Assembly: GCA_038227875.1 (NCBI GenBank)
Contig: JBBRPR010000102.1
Coordinates: 1 to 16,834 of the forward strand
DNA length: 16,834 nt
From: Planctomycetota bacterium
Lineage (GTDB): Bacteria > Planctomycetota > SZUA-567 > H5-PLA8
Direction: 5' to 3'
This document shows positions 8,073 to 15,078 of this stretch, piece after piece (the first letter of the stretch is position 1; each line of letters opens with the position of its first letter). The notes under the pieces are model-generated. The model saw nothing but the letters and a program-made list of their open reading frames with translations, searched no databases and was not told the origin of the DNA. The position numbers and the translations under genes are program-made.

Positions 8073-9596
8073 CTACCCCTTAATTGTCATCAACGGCCTG
8101 AGTTCCGCGACGGGGCGGGCGAGTCCGGCGCCGGTCAGCGTGTTGATGACGGGTCCGATGCCTTTGTAGGCGAACGGCGCTTCCTTCTTGATGTCCTCCA
8201 GCTTTTTCTCGACGATGTCGCGGCGCTGGCGAATGTCGGTGCGGCGAAAATCGATCGGCGTGACGACGCGGAAGTCTTCCATGAATCGCCGGAAGGCTTC
8301 GTTGTTGCCCTTCAGCGCATCACCGCGCGAGAGCACGCGCCCCGCGCCGTGACTGGCGCTGCACAGGGAAGATTCATTGCCCAGTCCGGCGAGCACGAAA
8401 CTCGACGCACCCATCGAGCCGGGAACGAGCACCGGCTCGCCATAGTACGCAAACGGTGTCTGTTCCATCTGCTCCATCCCACGCGCGGGGCAGGCGCCTT
8501 TCCGATGGACGTAGACGCTTTCGCCGTCCCACTCCTCACGCCAGACCATGTTGTGCGGCGCGTCGTAAAGCAGATTGCAATCCATGCCTTTGAATTCATC
8601 GTTCAGTGCATTGACGGCAATCAGCGCAAGCATCATGCGATTGGCGAAAGCGAAGTTCGCGGCGTTGTGCAGGCAGTCCCAGAACAACGCCGATGCGTCG
8701 CTGAAACGATCGCCGTCGGGCAATGGAAAAATGCCGTTGGCGGGATGCTTCAGTGAGATGGGAAAGATGCGGCGGACCTGCTCGCGGTAATGGCTGCCAC
8801 AGAGATGGCCAATGGCGACCGAACCGGTGTGAACCATGACGGTGACCATGCCGGGCTTCAATCCCCAGGCGTGTGCGACGGTGCCATCGAGAATGCGATG
8901 GACCTGTTGGATTTCGACGAAATGATTGCCGCCGCCGATGCTGCCGATCTGGCCGTCGCGGGTGACGTCCGCGGTACCGAGAAAATCGTCCAGGCCGTAC
9001 GTGCGATGAGCCGGAAGACTTCCGCGCTGCTCAACACGAGTTATGTCGCGCGTGGCATGGCGATGGAACACGGACCAGACTCCGGTGTCCTGCGACTTGG
9101 GTACAGACTCCAGCAGTCCAGTCAGTCCTTCGCGCATCAGCGCTTCGCGCTGAACGCGATTCATGGGGATGTTGCGTCCGCCTTGGAAATAAGCATGCCG
9201 CAGCCGCGTCTCCAACGTGTCCAGCCTGGCGGTGATCTGTTCCGCACGCAGAGAGGTCACGTGCAGACGCATGCCGCAATTGATGTCATTGCCAACCGCG
9301 GCCGGGACCACAAATCCACGCGTGGCCATGATGGTGCCCACGGGAACGCCAGCCGCCTTATGAAAGTCCGGCGTCACGGCAACTTTGCATATGCGAGGAT
9401 TCTTCGCGAAGAAGGACGGCTCCGCTTCCTGGAGGCGTTCGACGGTGCGTTGTAATTCCAGCATCGCGACCAGTTCGTTGATCGCCACGGATTCAACGGG
9501 AACCTGAGCGTTGGCAAAGAGGACCGCATCGACGCCGGACGGATTCACGACGCGGAACGAATTCTCATCGACTTTTTCCAAACGATCGTCTGTCAT
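8073..9596 (-). CDS. rtcB: RtcB family RNA 3'-phosphate/5'-OH ligase
   Basis: RtcB motifs in the expected order: TPDFH, GVPVG, VGNDINCGMR (metal Cys), GSIGGGNHFVE, VHTGS, APHN, VHRKGA, PVLVPGSMG, SASHGAGR (guanylylated His), EAPFAYK, LRPLMTIKG; AAGGGAG RBS upstream. Confidence 0.95.
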   Translation of the reverse strand: MTDDRLEKVDENSFRVVNPSGVDAVLFANAQVPVESVAINELVAMLELQRTVERLQEAEPSFFAKNPRICKVAVTPDFHKAAGVPVGTIMATRGFVVPAAVGNDINCGMRLHVTSLRAEQITARLDTLETRLRHAYFQGGRNIPMNRVQREALMREGLTGLLESVPKSQDTGVWSVFHRHATRDITRVEQRGSLPAHRTYGLDDFLGTADVTRDGQIGSIGGGNHFVEIQQVHRILDGTVAHAWGLKPGMVTVMVHTGSVAIGHLCGSHYREQVRRIFPISLKHPANGIFPLPDGDRFSDASALFWDCLHNAANFAFANRMMLALIAVNALNDEFKGMDCNLLYDAPHNMVWREEWDGESVYVHRKGACPARGMEQMEQTPFAYYGEPVLVPGSMGASSFVLAGLGNESSLCSASHGAGRVLSRGDALKGNNEAFRRFMEDFRVVTPIDFRRTDIRQRRDIVEKKLEDIKKEAPFAYKGIGPVINTLTGAGLARPVAELRPLMTIKG

Positions 9597-9762
9597 GATG
9601 GCGTGCTCCCTTACACGAGCTCTGTCGAGCCGTGCGATTCAATTTTTGATTCAAGTTTTGGTGGCCGACAGTAACGCTGGCGGCTGAAAACGAAGCAACG
9701 ACGTGCGATCTGGCGCCGTCGTTGGGGGAAGGGCTATGAGCGCCCTCAGCAGCGGGCAGTGC

Positions 9763-9792
9763 AATAAACCATGTGGGAAAGGGCGTTGTCAA
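9763..9792 (-). promoter_or_regulatory. Putative sigma70 promoter of rtcB
   Basis: Minus strand perfect TTGACA (9792-9787), 18-nt spacer ending TGG, then TTTATT (9768-9763); implies a ~160-nt leader. Confidence 0.5.
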
Positions 9793-9869
9793 ATTAATAG
9801 ATAAAGGAGAAGTACTGCTTAAATGGTGTAATCACCCACCGATTTTTTGACTTCATCCGTCATGTGGAT

Positions 9870-10367
9870 TTACTTCTCTGGAGACAGATCACTCAAGAGT
9901 CTTTGCAGTTCAAGAAATCTTTCGTCATATCCAGCTTCCCAAGGAAACTTTCCCTGCTTGTCGGGCCAGATTAATTGAGTTGCTGGATAGGGCTGGTTTA
10001 GTGATCTGTAGAACCAATTTGCATATCCAAGATATTCCTCGTAATGTTCCAGCCCAATTGAGACGAAAGTGCAATCAAAACCCTCCGCCAGATCGCTTGC
10101 TCGTTCGTATTCCCTGTAGCGCTTGCCGTTCTTTAGGCGAAGGCCGATTAAATTTATTAAATGATGCGCAATTGAATGCTTCAACCCCATGATCAGAACT
10201 TCGGGTGCGCCAAACGAGAGGTAGAATCCTACCGAAAAAGAAAAGGCTGGGCCGGTCTCATCCTCAAAGATATTGATGACGTGCCAACCCAAGCTATTGA
10301 TATCGGATAGAAGCTTGCGGTCGCGATCGTCAGCGGCAACTGGCAAACTATACTCGGATGGGATCAT
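9870..10367 (-). CDS. DUF4262-like domain protein (low GC)
   Basis: INSLGWHVINI...PAFSFSVGF...GAPEVLIMGL...QLIWPDKQGKFPWE...Q fits the DUF4262 pattern. Start uncertain: ATG 10367, or the longer ORF from 10460. Confidence 0.8.
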   Translation of the reverse strand: MIPSEYSLPVAADDRDRKLLSDINSLGWHVINIFEDETGPAFSFSVGFYLSFGAPEVLIMGLKHSIAHHLINLIGLRLKNGKRYREYERASDLAEGFDCTFVSIGLEHYEEYLGYANWFYRSLNQPYPATQLIWPDKQGKFPWEAGYDERFLELQRLLSDLSPEK

Positions 10368-10612
10368 CGAGTTAGACCATTCATACGAAATCGAACGCCT
10401 CAGTTCAGGCACATATTGGAACTGATAATTTTCTAGCCCATCCGAGGTCGTCGGCAACATCCTTATCGCAATATCCTAACCTCTTTAGCATAAACGCTTA
10501 GTAGTATAGAGAAAAGAATTTCAAATTTCTCTTATCACTTCCCAAACAGTGGACTTGGATAGGTAGAGGATTCGGGAACAGGGCTGCGGCTTCGGCGCCA
10601 AAAGGGATTACA

Positions 10613-12085
10613 ATGGCAGCTCTCGAACTGAAACCGCGCGGAGCTGCCATGGACACGGCCGACGACCTTGCCCTTTTAAACGCCATCGCGGAACAACGTG
10701 ACCGCGGTGCGTTTACCGAGCTGGTCGAACGGCATCGCGAACGCGCGTACAATATGGCCTACCACATTCTGCGCAACTCCGCGCTGGCCGAAGAGGCGTT
10801 GCAGGAGTCGATGCTCGCCGTCTGGCTTAACGCGAAAACGCTGCGGCCCGAAGCCAACGCGGCCAACTGGATCCTGCGGATCGTATCGGGAAAAAGCCTC
10901 AATCTTAAACGGAACCGGACGCGCAGCGTCCGACGCGAGGAGCGTATGAGCACCATTGAATGTGGACGTGCGATTTCCGCCGCGGAAGACGCGGCCGAGC
11001 GCACGGAATTGATCGGCGCGCTGCGCAGTCAGCTCGAGGAATTGCCGGAGCTCGATTCGCAGCTTCTGGCGTGCAGCTTCGGCGCGAACATGTCGCACCG
11101 CCAGATCAGCGAATTCTTCAATCTCTCGCAGCCCACCGTTGGATCGAAAATTCAACAGGCGCTGTCGCGGTTGCGGAATGGATTGACGAAGGCAGGCGTC
11201 GCCGCGGTGGTACCGCTGGTCAGTGCGGAGAATTTGTTTGAAGCGATGACGACCGGCCAGACTTGTCCTCCGGGCGCGGCGCTGCGGGTGCTGAAATGCA
11301 TCGACAACGTCGGCAAGCCGGCGGCCAGGGCGCTCTCGAGGCGCGCGGTGGTTAAAGCGGGCTCGGCCGGGAGCGGCCCTTGGGCCGTGCTGGCGGTGAC
11401 GGTGGTGCTGGCGAGCGGAGCGGCCATCGCGTGGAGAACCTCAACTCCGGGCACTCCAGCGGCGCAGCAAGCCGCGAAAATTCCGGACACGGTCACCGTG
11501 CAAAGCGAGGACCCGGGTTGGATTCCGGTGAGCGTGGATACATCGTTCACGCTCCATGGGAAGTTTGACGGCAGCCACGACACTCAGCAGTTCTCTCAAT
11601 TCTCCAACAGCCGCGGTGGCTCGGCAATCTGGAAGATTGAGCAGACTCCGACGGGCACGGTGCTGGCGCAGCGGGATCCGAAGCTTCCCGATCATAACGT
11701 GATTGTATTCAGTAAGGACGTATCCGGTCCGATGGAGTGGTCGGCCACACTGGACGACACCGACGCATCCGACCGCAATGAAATCGCTGTCGTGGTCTTC
11801 GACGAAGCGCTGCAGGGGAAAATTTTTGGCGGTCACAGCGTTCGGAAATCGAAGAGCGTCTTTCGCATCGTGGTGTGGAATACCGCTGACGGCATGAAAC
11901 TGATCGCGCTGCGCGACCCCGAAACAAAAATCATGTCAGGCATTACGACGATGAAGGCTGGACGGTATTCCGTCGGCATCCTGACCAATGCAGCCCTGAC
12001 GCTGCGCGATTTCCGGATGAGAAAGTTGCCCGCCGATTGGACGCCCAGGCAGGATAAGTTTCTGAGCCATTTCAAAATCGAGTAG
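10613..12085 (+). CDS. ECF-type sigma-70 factor with long C-terminal extension (one predicted TM helix plus extracytoplasmic beta-rich domain)
   Basis: Region 2 (DRGAFTELVERH...AEEALQESMLAVW...NWILRIV) and region 4 (LEELPE...MSHRQISEFFNLSQPTVGSKIQQALSRLR), then hydrophobic PWAVLAVTVVLASGAAIAW (~11378-11434) and ~200 further residues. Alternative start ATG 10649. Confidence 0.9.
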   Translation: MAALELKPRGAAMDTADDLALLNAIAEQRDRGAFTELVERHRERAYNMAYHILRNSALAEEALQESMLAVWLNAKTLRPEANAANWILRIVSGKSLNLKRNRTRSVRREERMSTIECGRAISAAEDAAERTELIGALRSQLEELPELDSQLLACSFGANMSHRQISEFFNLSQPTVGSKIQQALSRLRNGLTKAGVAAVVPLVSAENLFEAMTTGQTCPPGAALRVLKCIDNVGKPAARALSRRAVVKAGSAGSGPWAVLAVTVVLASGAAIAWRTSTPGTPAAQQAAKIPDTVTVQSEDPGWIPVSVDTSFTLHGKFDGSHDTQQFSQFSNSRGGSAIWKIEQTPTGTVLAQRDPKLPDHNVIVFSKDVSGPMEWSATLDDTDASDRNEIAVVVFDEALQGKIFGGHSVRKSKSVFRIVVWNTADGMKLIALRDPETKIMSGITTMKAGRYSVGILTNAALTLRDFRMRKLPADWTPRQDKFLSHFKIE

Positions 12086-12107
12086 TGCACCGAACGCGGA
12101 GGTCGCC

Positions 12108-12974
12108 ATGCTGAGGGTGGAAGACATGGATGTCCTGGGCCTGTGCCCCGAGACGCGCTACACGCGGCAGCCGTCGAAGGCATCGCAGGTGCTGCGGGCG
12201 ATCCGGGATGATGCGGAGCAGGGTGTCGCTCTGGATATCGCCGCGGAGAGCGACGCGAATGCGGCGTGCCGCATCGTCGCGGCGGCCACGCGGCAGTCGC
12301 GGCAGCGGGCCTACGCGCTGGCGCACCGCGTGTACCGGCGGTCGGGTTACGCGCGGAACGAAGGAACCGGATTGTGTCTCTCACCCTTTGATGCCATCGA
12401 CCAGACGCTGACGTTGCTGGCGGAAAACGCGGACGGTCAGGCGACGGCGACGCTCTCGCTGGTCTTCGATTCCGATGAGGGATTGCCCTGCGATGAGATT
12501 TACCGTCCGGAAGTTGACGCGTTGCGCGCGCGGGGCTGCCGGCTGGCGGAAGTCACGCGCTTGGCGATTGAAGAACCGTGCGCGGACGCCAAAAGTCTGC
12601 TGCTGCGAATGTTCAACTACTGCTACATCTTCTCGCGTTTCATCCGGGGTTGCACCGATCTGGTGATTGAAGTCAATCCGTCGCATGTGAAATATTACCG
12701 GCGGCTGCTGTTGTTTACGCAGGTTGGACCCGAGCGTCGCTGTTCGCGCGTGCAAGGCGCGCCGGCAGTGCTGCTGCGACTGAATCTGGCTGAGATTGAA
12801 GCCGCGGTCAAAGGCTCGGGCTTTACGGAAGGGCGCGATTCGAGCGGCAACCGGCTGCACGCGTATCCGTATTCCGAAGCGGAAGAGGCGGCGATCGCCG
12901 AATCCCTGGCGCGCCAGCACCGGCCGATGTCCGCGGAAGAAGCGCGCTACTTCGGGTTGCAGCGCCAGTCCTGA
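12108..12974 (+). CDS. Long-chain N-acyl amino acid synthase (FeeM/NAS family, GNAT fold)
   Basis: AYALAHRVYRRSGY, ATLSLVFDSDEGLPCDEIYRPEVDALRARGCRLAEVTRLAI, DLVIEVNPSHVKYYRRLLLF and RVQGAPAVLLRLNL are typical FeeM-family motifs; GGAGGT RBS at 12098-12103. Confidence 0.85.
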   Translation: MLRVEDMDVLGLCPETRYTRQPSKASQVLRAIRDDAEQGVALDIAAESDANAACRIVAAATRQSRQRAYALAHRVYRRSGYARNEGTGLCLSPFDAIDQTLTLLAENADGQATATLSLVFDSDEGLPCDEIYRPEVDALRARGCRLAEVTRLAIEEPCADAKSLLLRMFNYCYIFSRFIRGCTDLVIEVNPSHVKYYRRLLLFTQVGPERRCSRVQGAPAVLLRLNLAEIEAAVKGSGFTEGRDSSGNRLHAYPYSEAEEAAIAESLARQHRPMSAEEARYFGLQRQS

Positions 12975-13042
12975 AAATTCGCATCACAAGAACTCTAAAA
13001 GATCGCGGCCGCACGCAACTCTGAGCGAGGTAGTCGATCATC

Positions 13043-14737
13043 GTGAGCTCTATCGAAACACAAACGCTTTCGAGCACCCGCTGCGCCGAGGCGGAATTCG
13101 CCAACGCCGCCGATGCATTTCCGCGCGTGCTCGACGCGTTGCGCGCGGTGGTGGGCGAGGGGTTTGTCCAGGACGACGCGGAAGTTCGTAAGCGGCGAGC
13201 GCGCACCACGCTGCCTACCGGAACGGTGCCGCGCGTGATCGTACAGCCGGCCAGCACGCAGGAAGTTCAGGCGGTGGTCAAGATTGCGGCGAGTTTTAAA
13301 TTTCCAATTCATCCCATCAGCGGCGGAAAGAATTGGGGCTATGGCGATGCCTGCGCGCTGACGCACGGACAGATCCTGCTGGATCTGAAACGCATGAACC
13401 GCATCGTGGAAGTGGATGCGGAACTCGGCTACGCGATCATCGAGCCCGGTGTGACGCAGGGGGAACTGGCTGAATATCTGGAAGCTCACGATTTGCCATT
13501 CATGCCCGACGCGACGGTCGCCGGGCCATCAGCCAGCATCGTGGGCAATACGCTGGAGCGCGGGTTTGGGCACACGCCGCACGGCGATCGATTTCTGCAC
13601 ACCTGCGGGATGGAAATCGTGCTCGCTGACGGCCGCGTGTTGAAAACGGGCTTCGGACATTTCGAAAATGCGCAGGCTGCTTCCGTTTACAAATGGGGCG
13701 TCGGCCCGTACCTCGACGGAATTTTTACGCAGTCGAACCTGGGAATCGTAACGCAGATGACGTTCTGGCTGTTGCCCAAGCCGGAATGCTTCAAAGCGTT
13801 CTTCTTCAGCGTCAAGAATCCGGAAGACATCGGCGGCCTCGTGGACGCGCTGCGTCCGTTGCGGATGAACGGCACGCTCACCACGCCGATCCACATCGGC
13901 AACGATCTGCGCGTGATCTCCATGACCCAGGCGTATCCGTGGGAGGAGATGCAGGGCCAGACGCCGCTCAGTGCAGAAGTCCGGCGCAGCATCGGCAAGC
14001 GCCACGGCGTATCCGCGTGGTCCGGTTCGGGTGCGCTCTACGGATCGAAGGCGGTCGTGGCCGCGGCGGAAGCGGAAGTGCGCAAAGCGCTCCGCGAAGT
14101 GACGGGACTCAACACGCTGGTCTTCTTCGACGAACGCCGCATGCGCTGGGCGCGCCGCGCGATCAATGTGCTCACCACGTTTGGAATCGGCGCCACTCTG
14201 GCGAGGTTGTTCAAGAAAGTGGAATTGGGATTCGACCTGCTGCGCGGCCGCTCACCGGACAATTGCGTGCAGTGCGGCCTCTGGCGCGTGCGCAACGCGC
14301 CCGCGGAGGGTCCGGAGCGCTCCGCCGATCCGCTCGATCACAACGCGGGATTTTTGTGGCTCTCGCCGGTGTTGCCGATGAAGCGCGCGCACATTGAACG
14401 GGTCAACGCGTTGCTGGAACCGATTTTCAATCGCTACGGCTTCGACTACCTGACTACGTTCTCGATGGTGACCGCGCGCTCGCTGTGCGCCGTGACGACG
14501 ATCGCGTTCGACAAATCCATTCCCGACGAGCGGCGTCGGGCGTCGGCGTGCCACGCGGAGGCGCTCGGTGCGCTCGTCGCGGAGGGATATATCCCGTACC
14601 GGATGGGAAATTCAGGGATGGAAAAGTTGGGCCAAGCGTCGTCGGTCTACTTCGACGTGACCGCCCGCATCAAATCCGCGCTCGACCCCCACGGCATTAT
14701 TTCTCCCGGCCACTACCAACCCAACGAGGCGCGGTAG
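13043..14737 (+). CDS. FAD-binding oxidoreductase, VAO/PCMH (4-phenol-oxidising) family; FeeG/CndG-like candidate
   Basis: HPISGGKNWGYG, LDLKRMNRI, IEPGVT, SIVGNTLERGFGHTPHGD, CGMEIVLADGRVLKTG, GPYLDGIFTQSNLGIVT, GYIPYR, IKSALDPHGIISPG; GTG start with GAGGT upstream. Confidence 0.9.
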   Translation: MSSIETQTLSSTRCAEAEFANAADAFPRVLDALRAVVGEGFVQDDAEVRKRRARTTLPTGTVPRVIVQPASTQEVQAVVKIAASFKFPIHPISGGKNWGYGDACALTHGQILLDLKRMNRIVEVDAELGYAIIEPGVTQGELAEYLEAHDLPFMPDATVAGPSASIVGNTLERGFGHTPHGDRFLHTCGMEIVLADGRVLKTGFGHFENAQAASVYKWGVGPYLDGIFTQSNLGIVTQMTFWLLPKPECFKAFFFSVKNPEDIGGLVDALRPLRMNGTLTTPIHIGNDLRVISMTQAYPWEEMQGQTPLSAEVRRSIGKRHGVSAWSGSGALYGSKAVVAAAEAEVRKALREVTGLNTLVFFDERRMRWARRAINVLTTFGIGATLARLFKKVELGFDLLRGRSPDNCVQCGLWRVRNAPAEGPERSADPLDHNAGFLWLSPVLPMKRAHIERVNALLEPIFNRYGFDYLTTFSMVTARSLCAVTTIAFDKSIPDERRRASACHAEALGALVAEGYIPYRMGNSGMEKLGQASSVYFDVTARIKSALDPHGIISPGHYQPNEAR

Positions 14738-14826
14738 AACCAGTGACTCGCCAAGGGGTGTGAGTTCACCGCCGCGGTCGTCGCGTCCAAATTTGGCCGC
14801 TGGTTAAATCAAACAATTCAGATTAA

Positions 14827-14913
14827 CGGAGCGAGAGGGATTCGAACCCCCGAGACCCTTGCGGGCCTAGTAGTTTTCAAGACTACCGCAATCGACCACT
14901 CTGCCATCGCTCC
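14827..14913 (-). tRNA. tRNA-Ser (anticodon UGA), CCA not encoded
   Basis: Reverse complement GGAGCGA-TG-GCAGAGTGGTCGATTGC-G-GTAGT-CT-TGA-AA-ACTAC-TAGGCCCGCAAGGGTCTC-GGGGGTTCGAATCCCTC-TCGCTCC-G: 7-bp acceptor stem, long variable arm, TTCGAA T-loop, G discriminator. Confidence 0.97.
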
Positions 14914-14959
14914 CGATATTCGGGTGAACGGTGATGGTGAACTCGCCGTTCATGCTTTG

Positions 14960-14988
14960 GTTATAAATGTAGGACGGCGGCCTTGCAA
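14960..14988 (-). promoter_or_regulatory. Sigma70-type promoter of tRNA-Ser
   Basis: Minus strand TTGCAA-17 nt-TATAAC, about 46 nt upstream of the tRNA 5' end. Confidence 0.7.
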
Positions 14989-15078
14989 GGGGGCGTCGGT
15001 AACGCGTGTCCGTGTAAAATTTGCGCGCTGACGATTCGTCCCAAGGTTCGTGCTATGAATCTCTCGGAGCGGATTGCG

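Noticed and set aside
9565..9792. 75-aa leader ORF upstream of rtcB
   Set aside because: Its TTG start is the TTGACA -35 element, it lacks an RBS, and it overlaps rtcB out of frame.
8009..10377. Integron attC core sites (GTTAGAC at 8009 and 10371)
   Set aside because: No matching inverse core with an attC-type palindrome at the right distance, and no integrase.
14740..14830. Integrated element at the tRNA-Ser 3' end
   Set aside because: No integrase next to the tRNA, and I found no duplicate of the tRNA 3' end in the window.
14929..14980. Fluoride riboswitch (GGTGATGGTGAACTCGCC resembles its 5' stem)
   Set aside because: The downstream GCUGAUGAC-type pseudoknot partner is missing, the loop length differs, and no plus-strand gene follows.
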